DNA of 124,000 nt from Octopus vulgaris (lineage: Eukaryota). The stretch lies in NCBI GenBank assembly GCA_951406725.2, contig OX597815.1, positions 35,484,001-35,608,000 of the forward strand, read 5' to 3'. The position numbers were made by a program, and so were the translations under genes. Shown here in pieces: positions 103,054 through 114,756 of this stretch; position 1 is the first letter of the stretch, and each line of letters opens with the position of its first letter. The notes beneath the pieces were generated by a model. The model was given only the letters and a program-made list of their open reading frames with translations. It ran no database searches and was not told the DNA's origin.

Positions 103054-103877
103054 TATTAAGGCAGTGAGCTGGCAGAATTGTTAGCATGCTGGATGAAATG
103101 CTTAGCTATATTTTGTCTGTCGCCATGTTCTGAGTTCAAATTCCACCAAGGTCGACTTTACCTTTCATCCTTTCAGGGTCAATAAATTAAGTACCAGTTG
103201 CTGGGGTTGATGTAATCAGCTATCTCCTCCCCCCCCCCCAAATTTCAGACCTTGTGCCTATAATAGAAAGGAGTATTATATAAAAACTCACAGCTTATTT
103301 TACTGGGTATGATGAGAAGTGTCAGCTGTCCACAGCTAGCAGACTAAGGTGACACTTGTTTACTAGTCATGCTCCAAGAACCCTGCGAAGAATTCTTGCA
103401 GTTCCAAGCAATGCTGATTTTTGTAAGTGTTCTACTTTCACACTTGCATCAGTCTTTTTCAGCCATGTTGGCAGCTGAGTGCTGATACTTCCAAGTGCAC
103501 CAATTACTACTGGTATCACGTCTACTCTCTTCATTGACCACAACCTTCGTATTTCCCACTTTAAATTGTTATAGTTGTTTATTTTTCTTCTTCTTTCACA
103601 TTGATCCTGTCTTCACGGGGGCATGCTATGTTGATAATCATGTTCTTTCTTTTTATTCACCACAACAATGTCTGGTTTCCTATGTCTGGTCAGGTGATCG
103701 CACTGGATCATTACATCCCACAAGATTTTGCAGTTCCCATTTTCAGTGACTCCTTCTGGGGATTGTTCATACCACATCTTTGCTCCTTGTAGGCCATGAT
103801 TTCCACAGAGCTCCCCATGGGTCATTTTTGCTACATTGCCATGGCGTCGTTTGTATTCACATTGTGCCAATTTTGGA

Positions 103878-103912
<35 letters not shown>

Positions 103913-106376
103913 GAATCATAACCTATCTTGGGATATCATCATAAAGGGTGGCAGATGGATTTTAGCTATATCTTTATATTTTTTTTGAGTTCATACCCTG
104001 CTGAAGCTGGCATAACTTTTATCCCATTTTCAAATATGTACCAATAAAATAAACTTGTTCTGCTCTTCAAAATCTACAGCTTTGTTTCAATATAAAAATT
104101 CTTTGATAGAACCTTTATATAAGGTGATGGATTAGCAGTAATGAGCACGTTGGAAAAACAGTATTTGTTCCAGCTCTTTATGTTCTGAGTTCAAATCCTC
104201 CCATGATCAGTTTTGTCTTTCACCCCTCCAGGGTTGATAAAGTTAAATCAATATCAGTCAAGTACTAGAGGTAATAGTTTCAAGTAACCCCTCCCCTCAA
104301 AACTATTGGCCTTGTGTTTAATTTATAAAAAAATTATTTGAACCTTTTGTAAGTGATGGAAGCAGTCAGACATTAATCTAAATACTTTAGAGACATCAAA
104401 CAATATTACTTGCTTATTTAATTCTGGTGCTTTACATTCTGAGATCAAATCTTACAAAGGCTGACTTTATCTTTTGGGGTCAATAAAATAAAATACCTGT
104501 CAAGCAACTAGAGTTGATTTCATTGACTATATGCTCCTTTAGAATTCTGGTCTTGGGCCAATAGTTTGAGTTCATTTCCATTCAGAGTCTACTCTATTTT
104601 CCATCCCTGCAGCCTCAATAAAATACCAAAAAATATGTTATGGTCAAATTTATTAAATAATATTTTTATATTAAAACAATTAGTGAAGGGACAGACAAAA
104701 ACACTGGAATGTTAAAGTATGTGTCAAGTTGTATTTAATTTCATACGTCAACATTTTAATTTCAAATCCCACTGGAATCAATTTTCAGCCTTTTATCTTC
104801 TAAAAGTCACTAAAATAAGTACCAAATACATGATGTAATTGACTTAAATGACATTACCCATCCCTACACATCTTTGGCCCTGTGCTGAAACTAAATATTA
104901 TCTAAGCATTCTTCTGCCTCAATAATGATTTCTAACAGTCAAAATTGCCATATATCATAAGGAAAGAAAGCAAGTTATTGATGAACCCCATTATTTAAGA
105001 GTATTCAACATTACAGGTTACGTCAATACAATTTTGACATATTGTTTTATATGTTAAAATTCCATCATGAAGCCAATTATTAAATGAAATACAATATTTC
105101 AACAGAGCTAATTCATTGTGCTAAGAGAAAAACCACAGTTCAAGGTCACTGGTGAAAGTTTGCATTGGCAAAACTACTTAATAAGATTCATAAAACAAGG
105201 AGGGGATCAGTTTTGATATTTCTCATCTCATCCATGTGTATACTAGTTTTTTGAACCGGTACATGTTAACCCTGTGTTGTAGGAAGTTGTATTAGGAAAG
105301 GCATCCTGCTATAAACCAATGTCCCACAAAAGTTCAATCTTGTTCATCCTGGCACAGGAAAGCAGACATAAAAACAATGACTTTGTCACAAGTACCATCG
105401 ACTATAACAAATATTCTCCTCACAAACTTAATTTATGAATGTTATGTCATAGAGTAGTTTCCACTGTTAAATGAAATAGTATATTCCTTTGAATATGCTA
105501 TGATATGCTGTTTATTTACACTACTGTAGATTTGGCTTCTCTTAACCATTTTACCCAAGTAGTGATATTCGTGAATAATGAACTTCCCCTTTCCCTCATA
105601 CTTTTACTCCTCATCTTCTAGTGTACAGCTGTTCCTTTGGAGTTCATAGTGTTGCAAGTTGCATTGCAACCTCAGTAATGCTGGTGGTATGGAAAAGTAT
105701 CTAATACACACTATAAAGTGGTTGGTATTTGGAAAGGCATCCATCTGTAGAAACCATGCCGAAGCAGACACTGCAATACAATGCAGTCTTTGGCCCCATC
105801 AGATCCCTTCAAACTATTCAACCCATGCCAGTATGGAACATGTACATTAAATTATGATGGTGGTGATGATGATGAACCCTTACACACTAACATGTAATAG
105901 ATATGATCCAATGACCAACAGATATTTACTAATATATGTTTATTTATATGTACTAATTTTCAAATGCTTTTCAGAACATTTTCCATGGTTCTATGAGTCT
106001 TGACCAGCTATATTCTGGTAGGCCAACAACTTCCTTGTGTGGTAACAAATCTCCTGTGTCTGGCCTCTATCTTTGTGGCAGTGGTGCACACCCAGGTATG
106101 TTTATTTTTTGACTGGAAGCTTACCTATATGATACAAAGCATTTGTAGTAATATTCAATCATTCTTTAATGAATTGGCAATTTTAAACTTACAAAGATTA
106201 TGAGAAATTGAGATAAAAATCTTGCCTGTTATTTTGTCTTTTATTCTTCATCTAACTTCTATGATTTTTAGGTATTTATTTAATATTTTATCTTTGATTT
106301 AGGTGGAGGTGTGATGGGTGCAGCTGGGAAACTTGCCGCTGAAAAACTTCTGAAAGATCTGAAGAAACTAAAGTGA
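69937..106376 (+). CDS. PYROXD2: pyridine nucleotide-disulfide oxidoreductase domain-containing protein 2 (phytoene-desaturase-like FAD oxidoreductase), 16 exons, 589 aa
   Basis: Exons 69937-70087, 72463-72482, 73193-73286, 74138-74211, 79237-79392, 79680-79833, 82438-82499, 84506-84603, 87536-87677, 89952-90083, 92031-92103, 93293-93449, 96676-96830, 102840-102946, 105975-106095, 106303-106376. All GT-AG, phases consistent (1770 nt). FAD motif [13 protein letters not shown]...EKRHVIGGA; C-terminal [19 protein letters not shown]. Confidence 0.96.
71490..71775 (-). mobile_element. CORE-type tRNA SINE (octopus OR-like) with internal microsatellite
   Basis: Reverse complement of ggcataggagtggctgtgtagtaag...aagtgtcttctactatagc; many copies (e.g. 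72000-72300, 75890-76240, 93490-93860, 98630-99015, 122870-123200). Confidence 0.8.
72463..72482 (+). CDS. PYROXD2: PYROXD2 exon 2 (20-nt microexon, GHNGLIT)
   Basis: tttcag|gacacaatggattgatcact|gtaagt; completes the GxGxxG motif. Confidence 0.93.
73193..73286 (+). CDS. PYROXD2: PYROXD2 exon 3
   Basis: [31 protein letters not shown]. Confidence 0.97.
74138..74211 (+). CDS. PYROXD2: PYROXD2 exon 4
   Basis: [24 protein letters not shown]. Confidence 0.97.
75520..75860 (-). mobile_element. Penelope-like element GIY-YIG C-terminal fragment
   Basis: [31 protein letters not shown]...[14 protein letters not shown]; internal duplicated peptide [11 protein letters not shown]. Confidence 0.85.
76930..78480 (-). 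mobile_element. RTE LINE RT fragment in PYROXD2 intron 4
   Basis: [23 protein letters not shown] and [13 protein letters not shown] peptides. Confidence 0.92.
79237..79392 (+). CDS. PYROXD2: PYROXD2 exon 5
   Basis: [18 protein letters not shown]...[11 protein letters not shown]. Confidence 0.96.
79680..79833 (+). CDS. PYROXD2: PYROXD2 exon 6
   Basis: [23 protein letters not shown]. Confidence 0.93.
80300..80950 (+). mobile_element. RTE LINE RT fragment
   Basis: [16 protein letters not shown] and [11 protein letters not shown] remnants. Confidence 0.85.
80962..81310 (-). mobile_element. tRNA-headed SINE-like element with an (AAT)n spacer and a hammerhead-bearing Penelope-type tail
   Basis: A box TGGCATAGTGG (81283-81273), B box GTTCGATTCC (81238-81229), microsatellite, then hammerhead; degenerate tail copy at 73612-73747 (+). 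Confidence 0.75.
81047..81092 (-). ncRNA. minimal type I hammerhead ribozyme
   Basis: Minus strand agacac CUGAUGA a ggcug(gaggguauau)cagcc GAAA CG U U guguu; stem I gacac/guguu, stem II 5 bp, helix III reduced to an ACGU palindrome, GUU cleavage triplet. Confidence 0.7.
82438..82499 (+). CDS. PYROXD2: PYROXD2 exon 7
   Basis: [20 protein letters not shown]. Confidence 0.9.
84506..84603 (+). CDS. PYROXD2: PYROXD2 exon 8
   Basis: [33 protein letters not shown]. Confidence 0.97.
86130..86760 (-). mobile_element. CORE-type SINE with a family A SINE (+, about 86356-86582) nested in its internal microsatellite
   Basis: Both halves of the CORE-SINE flank the inserted copy. Confidence 0.8.
87536..87677 (+). 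CDS. PYROXD2: PYROXD2 exon 9
   Basis: [33 protein letters not shown]. Confidence 0.97.
88480..88870 (-). mobile_element. piggyBac transposase C-terminal remnant
   Basis: [14 protein letters not shown]...[23 protein letters not shown] matches the MGGVD..DQ / KWW / NSYILY pattern. Confidence 0.75.
89952..90083 (+). CDS. PYROXD2: PYROXD2 exon 10
   Basis: [32 protein letters not shown]. Confidence 0.97.
92031..92103 (+). CDS. PYROXD2: PYROXD2 exon 11
   Basis: [24 protein letters not shown]. Confidence 0.95.
92830..93065 (-). mobile_element. RTE LINE 3' tail fragment (antisense)
   Basis: Reverse complement of the (GAT)n-tailed family. Confidence 0.85.
93293..93449 (+). CDS. PYROXD2: PYROXD2 exon 12
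   Basis: [13 protein letters not shown]...[12 protein letters not shown]. Confidence 0.97.
94670..95275 (+). mobile_element. RTE LINE 3' fragment
   Basis: [10 protein letters not shown]-terminal region and 3' UTR. Confidence 0.85.
96201..96586 (+). mobile_element. full-length young SINE family B inserted in (TA)n
   Basis: ggaggcgcaatggcccagtgg head, gtttcgattccc B-box-like; near-identical to 118892-119277. Confidence 0.9.
96676..96830 (+). CDS. PYROXD2: PYROXD2 exon 13
   Basis: [32 protein letters not shown]. Confidence 0.97.
97130..98190 (+). mobile_element. cluster of RTE 3' fragments
   Basis: Two (GAT)n tails at about 97520-97570 and 98170-98198. Confidence 0.8.
98234..98617. mobile_element. 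Tigger-like MITE
   Basis: TA|cagtagaacctc ... aaggtttcactg|TA. Confidence 0.7.
100545..101120 (-). mobile_element. RTE LINE 3' UTR fragment (antisense)
   Basis: Reverse complement of the tail family. Confidence 0.85.
102840..102946 (+). CDS. PYROXD2: PYROXD2 exon 14
   Basis: [35 protein letters not shown]. Confidence 0.97.
103390..103880 (-). mobile_element. R4/Dong-like LINE C-terminal fragment; 5' junction abuts (AAT)n
   Basis: [11 protein letters not shown]...[12 protein letters not shown]...KPDIVVV. Confidence 0.8.
105975..106095 (+). CDS. PYROXD2: PYROXD2 exon 15
   Basis: [13 protein letters not shown]...[11 protein letters not shown]. Confidence 0.97.
106303..106376 (+). CDS. PYROXD2: PYROXD2 exon 16 (terminal)
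   Basis: [23 protein letters not shown]. Confidence 0.96.
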
Positions 106377-108499
106377 AAACAATTCTTTTCTCTTCTAGTG
106401 TGAGATGAGGAAAATTTTAGTCTTCTGTTATAATTCCTTTGACACTTAGGATGCACAGAAGGAATATTAACTAACTACAGTATTTAGCTGATATTTTCTT
106501 TCATCAGCTCCAGAATAAAAGCAAAGATTGACCTCCAGCTCACAAAAGGCCATAACTAAACCCTGTTAGGCATTTTGTCTGCTGCTGTAATGATTTTGTC
106601 AACTGAAAAAGCATAACTAAAAAGGATGATAAAATAAACTAATGAAAAACTGAGGGAAAAAAATAACACAAATTTAAGACCTATATGTAATATATTGATT
106701 TCTTTCAACTTGTCTCTAAGATCCTACAGTTTCATGAGTGAAGAAATATAATGCTCAGGCATTCAGGCTTTTCCCAAAGGTGCTTGCAGTTTATGTAAAT
106801 GAATCTTTGTCAGTTTCAGCAATGTATATTTCAGTTGTTTAATCAATTGAACTATCTATTGAAGACAAATGTAAGTAATTAAATGTTCCACAGACACATG
106901 TATTCATAGCATAATTCTCAAACAGAATCATCATGACACAGTATGTGACAATGACGGGCCCTTTGAATCATGAGTAAAATCCATCTGATGGGTTTCTACA
107001 ATTTCTAGCTTTTCAATTCTATTCACAGCAATGGGTCTACCAGGGATTATGGCAAAAGATACCCCACCTTGTTCAAGATGTCAATGGTTGTAAGATTGAA
107101 CCTGAGATCTTACAATTGAAACTGGAATTTCTTAGCTTATATGAAAAATAAATGGCATAAAACAAGAATCAAAACCATATTGTCATATCTGTTTACCAAA
107201 ATATAGATAGATAGAGAGAGGGGGGGAGAGAAAGAGAGAGAAATAACAGGATTTTATGAAGTAGGGGCAGGTTGGATTGATTAAATCTGTTGATCTCAAA
107301 GGAATGAAAGAGAAGGTTGGCACCAATCTATAAATTCTATAATTCAGTCTCCAAATTTTGTTGACTTGCCTTTTCATTTTTGGTTTATTAAAAATTAATG
107401 CAGCATTATGAATATTTATTGCAGACCTACGCAAACTTGTTCTAAATTAATCTAAACATAAATCTTTGATTTGTCATGTTATGTATGAGGTGGATTGTTT
107501 GACGTCAATGTTACACTGTTTTAAGTCATCCTTGTTGGCTGAATGGCTGAATTAAACATAGCATCCGACACAAAACAATAAGATGCCAACAAAGAATTTT
107601 TAATGAGCTTTTCATGATGTATCCAATGACTTAATAAATGGGTAGTTTTACAGGAAAGTCTAAATATGTCAACGTCCTACATTCTACCTTTCAAAAACTC
107701 TTGTCTTGAAAACAAAAACAATAAAAATGTTCCAGATTTTGGTCTCTGTAAGAATGAGATCATGAGTAACAGAAAACTGATATGGGAAGATATAATACAA
107801 ACTGATACTTTTCTGTTTGTATATAAATATAATACCATTCACCATCTGCTACACATGATTATGTATGATCAAAGTATTTCTCCCGCTACTACCACTAATA
107901 GCATTTCAGGGTAGAATATTAACAGAAGGGTGAATACTTGCTTTTGACTTGTTTATCAAATATCTCATGTCTGTACCCATAATTTAAAATGTGTTCTACG
108001 TAAGTAGCAACCATAGTCATGTGTTGAGTTACAAAGAAAAAAGTAAATCAAAGCAGAGAACTTGACATGCTGGTTTATATTCCCAACTGTAAACATTCTA
108101 CTTAACATTGTCAGTGTCCCTCAAAAAGTGAAAATGTGCACTCTAATTTCTCCAACTTTATATCCAAAACATGTTGCCTGTAAACAAAAATTTAGTATAT
108201 TCTATATACCTACATTGATTTGTATATCATAATAATTTATGACAATGATGCTACACTGGTATTTTGTTTTTTTAGTTTGAACCCTCAGGTCTTTTAGCTT
108301 ATACACCTCCTAGATTGATTTTGCTTTTCAACCTCTGACATCTTGAAAACAATTCCAGTTATATAATTTGAGTCAATATTACATTACCTAGTTGAAAATA
108401 CAATGTATCTGTTTCCTATAGATGATGTCATTGAAATATTTACAATAATACTTTTTCAAAAAAGTAAAAAAATTTTTTTTCATAAAATACTGATAAATT

Positions 108500-108770
108500 A
108501 TTAATAGTAAATGGTGGCACATAAAAATCACCATTTGAGCGTGGTCGTTGCCAGTACCGCCTGACTGGCCCTCATGCCGGTGGCATGTAAAAGCACCCAC
108601 TACACTCTCAGAGTGGTTGGCATCAGGAAGGGCATCCAGCTGTAGAAACTCTGCCAGATCAGATTGTAGCCTGGTGCAGCCATCTGGTTTGCCAGTCCTC
108701 AGTCAAATTGTCCAACTCATGCTAGCATGGAAAGCAGACATTAAATGATGATGATGATGATGATGATGTC
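108500..108770 (+). mobile_element. RTE LINE 3' tail fragment
   Basis: Same family, (GAT)n tail. Confidence 0.85.
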
Positions 108771-110454
108771 ACAAAATATGGCTTTATAATTTCAAGTTCA
108801 GTATTTTTGACATTTACGTTTTTCGTAAAGCATTTAAATAAATTTCACTAAAACTCTATAAAGCCAATACTTAACCATGTTTTATACTGCCTTTGTGTAA
108901 TTAATTGAAAATTCAAAAATTGGAAATTAGATGGTCTTTCAACCATTTAATTTTGTGAAATTAGATGGTTGAAAGACAAACCTCAGTGTTCCACAGCTGA
109001 CATTCCTCTACAGATAGTATTTATCTCCACTCAAACGTGAATGTTCTATTAGAAGAAACTTTATTGCGTTAGTTACCACAAGGGAAGCTCTTATATTGTC
109101 TTTGGGTACAAAATGCACTCTTGTTTATATCACTAGTGGGGAATTAGATCCCTGCTACCTCCAACTCTGAGACCACCAAATCACGTGATTTTGACCTTGT
109201 TTGGTCTTGTCAGGCAGCATATGGATAAGGACAGCTGCATAAAGGGCTGAGCTCTAATTGTGGAGGGTACCTGTGGAAGGGGTAGACCCAGGATGATGTG
109301 GGACGAAGTGATGAAGAAGGATCTCTGGATGCTGAGTCTCACTGAGGAAATGACAAGGGGCTGGGAGTTGTGGCAATTAGCTGTACTTGATAAGATGCAT
109401 CAAGCTAAGTAAAAATGCTGTCTTCCACACATACAGGTTTGTCTTTTCAGATGCTAGTGCCATTTAAAAAGCACCCATAAGGATGCTGCATTAACACACG
109501 TGTGTCAGTACTGCATAAACGCACCCAGCAATTGGCATTAGGAAGGGCATCCAGCCATAGAAACTATGCCTCAGTTGGAGTCCAATAGGCTCCCTGCTCA
109601 CCAGCTCCATGTCAAACTGTTCAACCCATGCCAGCATGGAGAGCAGACATTAAATGAGGATGATGATGAAGGCCTGCTCACTCCCTCAATTTATACATTG
109701 TGTCTGGTGAGACTGGTGTTCTCTGAAAATGTTCAAAAACCCCAAATCCCCAGAGCATTACTGCGAGTGATTTCAAGGGAGTGGAATAGGCAAGTGTTCC
109801 AACAAACATCATCTGACATGTCAGTAAGAATACTAACTCAAAAACCTATTTTTTTATCAGCACACCTCTCACAAATGTCTCATAAATTGGAAAGCTAAGT
109901 TATCAAGATTGCAATATTTCAGTGTCATATTTCATTCAGTTACGGGGAGGGGGAATAATGTCTCATCCATTTCTGTCACATGCTTAGAGTTAAGTATTAG
110001 CTACAGACATGCTTTGGCCATATTGGAGCCTCACTAGTGGGGCATAATCAAACTTGATCAGGGGCATTTCCGAAAATATTTGCGAAGATTTTAACCATTT
110101 GCATAATTAAAAAGAAATAATAAATAAAATAAGCTAAGGGAAATAATTCAATTGCTCTGATGGCATGAATTTGGAATGACGTACGCAAGTTTTTGTTTTT
110201 TAAATTGAAATCTCCCTCGTAGTTGGAGAAAGAAAATAAAAACTTATCAGCAATTGTTAGTAACTCTCACTATTTTCGAACGAGCTGTGGTTGATTTCAT
110301 TATGCTCCTACGCTTATTAGAGTTATCCTGTTATCTCGGACTCCATCTAGCCAGTAGTAACAAAACAGATATTTGTGATTTTATTTTTTTGTCATATCAA
110401 GTCATGCGCATTTGTCTGTCAATGATTCAGCATTTATTGTCAGATATATTCTTT

Positions 110455-110850
110455 TCTACTCTAGGCACAAGGCCCGAAATTTGGTGGGAGGAGACCAATC
110501 GCTTAGATCTACACCAGTACGCAACTGGTACTTAATTTATCGACCCCGAAAGGATGAAAGGCAAAGTCGACCTCTACGGGATTTGAACTCAGAACGTAAA
110601 GACAAACGAAATACCTATTTCTTTACTACCCACAAAGGGCTAAACACAGAGGGGACAAACAAGGACAGACAAACGGATTAAGTCGATTACATCGACTCCA
110701 GTGTGTAACTTGTACTTTATTTATTGACCCCGAAAGGATGAAAGGCAGAGTCGACCTCGGCGGAATTTGAACTCAGAACGTAGCGGCAGACGAAATACGG
110801 CCACGCATTTCGCCCGGCGTGCTAACGTTTCTGCCAGCTCACCGCCTTTA
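110455..110850 (-). mobile_element. SINE family A dimer
   Basis: Full copy followed by a tandem partial copy. Confidence 0.85.
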
Positions 110851-111300
110851 TTATCATTGACTTCTTCATTCCATCTCGCCAGTTACACAAAGAGAGAGAG
110901 AGGGGGGATGTCCACCCTTTCCCCATATGCGCCGGTTTCTTTTTTACATTCTTGAACATCGCGCATTTGATCGAAACCTTGTCTGATTCTTATACTCGTC
111001 CAGTTGTGGGACTGTAGATTAATTTATCTATTTAAGTGACAGATGATAAAGCTTAGTTAACCGTTGAAAAATAACCTGTTTACGAGTCAATACTGAGCAC
111101 TTAACTTCAATGACTGCCACTTTGTAAAATGTTCCGGTGTAGGTTGTTTCTTTATGATATTTTAATGTTGAGGAATATTTGGAGAATAAGTGAAATGGGT
111201 ATTGAAGTATTGGTGTGATGTTAATCAACGTGATGTCCTATAATCAAATCAACTCCAACGTTGTTTAGATAACATTTATATTAACAGAAGTGTATCACAA

Positions 111301-111677
111301 TACTAGTAGTATCGCCCGGCGTTGCTCTGGTTTGTTTCAACACTTTTGAATTGGAATTTTTGAAAAGTAAAACTTTAGCATTATGTAGCTTGTTATTCTC
111401 TTTAAGTGAACATTTTTCTGGTTGAAATAAACCGAAAAATGGCGACACAGCAGTCAAAAAATCGTAAAAAATAGGGATTTTCATAGAAAAAACTTCACCT
111501 TTTTTATGTAAATAATTTTTGGTGTTAACATGGTCCGATTTGAATTTTATCTTCTACAGAATGAAGAGCAAGCCTTTTTCTATCATACTCTCAATTTTGG
111601 TCAACTTGCGCCGCAGGGTCTTGAAGGCTACCGAACCTGCCACACACAGACAACTTCAGCTTTATATATATATAGAT
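111301..111677 (+). mobile_element. Helentron/DINE-1-like (HINE) element
   Basis: Matches 33759-34152. Confidence 0.65.
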
Positions 111678-112596
111678 TTACATAATTACATAGTGGCTTG
111701 CCTATAGTGTATTGGTGATGTGCTACAAGCAAGTGTAGTTCGTAGTTGCATTACTAATAGAAAGGATTAGTTTTGCGTGAGAGGTGGGGAAAATACTTTA
111801 TCATTGTCGATGATGCTTTTTATCTGCGGTTGAAAAAACTTGTCAGTGCAACTTGTATGCACCTCTGGCTTGTTTTTCTTTAAGAATTAGCTGGTTATTC
111901 ATTTGTGCAGCGCAAGGTGAGGATATTGTGTTTGTGGTACGTGTTTAGAGAAGTGCATTGAAGGTAAAGTAATTCCTTTTAACACGTGTCTAACAGCAAT
112001 CAAGAATCCTGGAGACTTCTCGAACTTTGTGCTGACTTGGAGCAAATGCAAAAATTAATTCTACCCGAGTAAGTGAAACGAATACGTAAACGTTTAACAG
112101 TCATTGTTTTAAGTTAGTAGATACCACTGTGTATAAGTGGCAACAGCTCAACGAGAGTCCAGTTGTTGTTTAACTCAGTCGACTTAGACCCATTATCAAA
112201 GGCATTTCAACTACAGGAACTCCGACAGAAGTTTCATAAGGAGCATTAAAACTTCTTTTGGGATCAGGGAGAGGGAATCTCCTTTCAAACTTTGAGGAGG
112301 CGGGAGTTTTTTTTAGAGAGAGAAAGAAGTCAATGAACAGGTCGCGGTCTCAAAACGACGAAAATATTTTGACAAATTAAATTTAAATGTTGAAGTGAAT
112401 CTAACGGTTTTTGTGTGTTTCTTAAATGGCTTATAAACACTTTCCACGCTGCAATTATTTTCGTTCCAGCACACGATCTCAGATCAGGTCACTTGCTATG
112501 CAAGTACATCTCCGTAAGTCATTTATTAAATGTCAGTAAATGGAAATATATTAAATGTTTTCAAATTTGGCTTTGTATCTGTTTTAGGAATGTTTC

Positions 112597-112668
<72 letters not shown>

Positions 112669-113207
112669 GCATGCCATCAAAGTGACACTGGGGTAAAATA
112701 TACCAAGCCCAGTATAGCCATCATGACTACCTGTCTGATAAGGGTACACCAGGCACATGCATCATAACCATATGTGCGTGACATGGTGATCTCATATCAA
112801 GATAAACAGCACATGATCTTGCAGGTGAGGCCCAGTTAGAATTTTCTTCTGGTCGAGTAACCCATCCCTCTCAAAAGGTCACTGAATAAGGGTTGTTTAA
112901 GTATGTTGAATGAAACACCCATGCTTCCAGAGGTGAATTATTCAAACCCCAAAGAATCCCTCTCAACACATGGCTATGATGCTCCCCCACTACTTCTGCT
113001 CGTGATCAGAGATGCACATATCGTCAGCTACTAAGGGACATGCTCAACTGGTTACGGTCAAACAACTGACAAGCAAATCTGTGGTATTGAGCAGAACATT
113101 TGCTGTAGCCCATCTTTTATACCAAGACAAAACAATGTACATGATAACACTTCCAATCAGTTAAGATCAGAAGCCACCAGAGACACTGCCTGGTACTGCA
113201 TCAGGGC

Positions 113208-113210
<3 letters not shown>
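112669..113210. mobile_element. (TAA)n-embedded non-coding element, second copy
   Basis: Matches 3133-3690; (ATT)n on both sides. Confidence 0.8.
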
Positions 113211-113253
<43 letters not shown>

Positions 113254-113281
113254 GTTATTGTTATTATTATTATTATTATCT

Positions 113282-113545
113282 AAGGCAGCGATCTGGCAGA
113301 AACGTTAGCACGCCGGGCGAAATGCTTCGCGGTATTTCGTCTGCCGCTACGTTCCGAGTTCAAATTCCGCCGAGGTCGACTTTGCCTTTCATCCTTTCGG
113401 GCTCGATAAATTAAGTACCAGTTACGCACCGAGGACGTTGTAATCGACTTAATCCGTTTGTCTGTCCTTGTTTGTCCTCTTTGTGTTTAGCCCCTTGTGG
113501 ATAGTAAAGAAATAGGTATTTCGTCTGTCATCACGTTCTGAGTGG
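113282..113545 (+). mobile_element. SINE family A
   Basis: Full head, body and tail. Confidence 0.85.
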
Positions 113546-114333
113546 CAATGTATAGGTATGAGTAAAAAAAGAAAAAAGAAAGAAAGTATAACTATACACT
113601 TCAGCAGGCAGGACAAGACACGTTTGTACTCGTTTTGTGGATTAGTTTGATATAACAAGAGGATGTGGAGAAATGGAATGATATAATTATCGATATGAAT
113701 CATTGTTGACGTCATTAGGAAAACTTAGCTTACACATATACACTAAAAAATTCAATAAAAATTACAATTCAGGCAATAAACTATAAATATGTACATTGTC
113801 ACAATCAGGTACACATACATATATACATATACATATACATAATTATATGCTGACGTAAACGTAGACATTACACAAATAAAAATGGTAATATAGCATTACA
113901 TCCTCAATATTTATGACCATCACACATATTCTTCTAAATCTCTGACGACCTTTCATGGTGATCATATATTTTTTTACATTCCAAAACTCGTCATCACAAA
114001 TCCGGGTTTTCTTTACAGACAGAAATTTTCACCTTGAACAGATAGACGTAATGTATAAATGGTTGATGTGATCATCACGCATTCACATTCTTGAGAGGCA
114101 GTCACTCACCACCAGCCACTGAAGGAGCCACGAAGTGGTCATTCGATGTGCTAGAGACAGTAGGTAAATCTCTCAGCTACAAACTATCGCCTTAAAAATA
114201 GGAATAACCACATTTCATAATGTAGTCCCCAACCGAAAAAAAAAGTAATAATAATAAACAAGATGTTATTTCATGGTTGGACTGGGCCTTTAAAAGTGGC
114301 GTTCCAGAACCAAGACATCCAAGGAAAGACCCC

Positions 114334-114407
<74 letters not shown>

Positions 114408-114756
114408 AAAAAAACTCCCGCCCCCTTAAATTTTGAGAGGAGACTCCCTCTCCCTGATCCCAAAAGAAGTTTTATTGCTCCTTATGAAACTTCTGTCGGA
114501 GTTCCTGTAGTTGAAATGCCTAAGTCGACTGAGTTAAACAACAATTGGACTCTCGTTGAGCTGTTTCCACTTATACTCAGTGGTATCTACTAACTTAAAA
114601 AATGCATGCCTCCGAAACGTATTTCCTACACTCATCTCTCTTCGCGCATTCTAACAATGTCATAGCTCCCGGATTCTAAGCGCTTCGAAACTTATAGCAA
114701 TATATTTGGAATGCAGGGGAAAGGGGAAAAGTTAGTTACCCACCCTTTTACTATTA

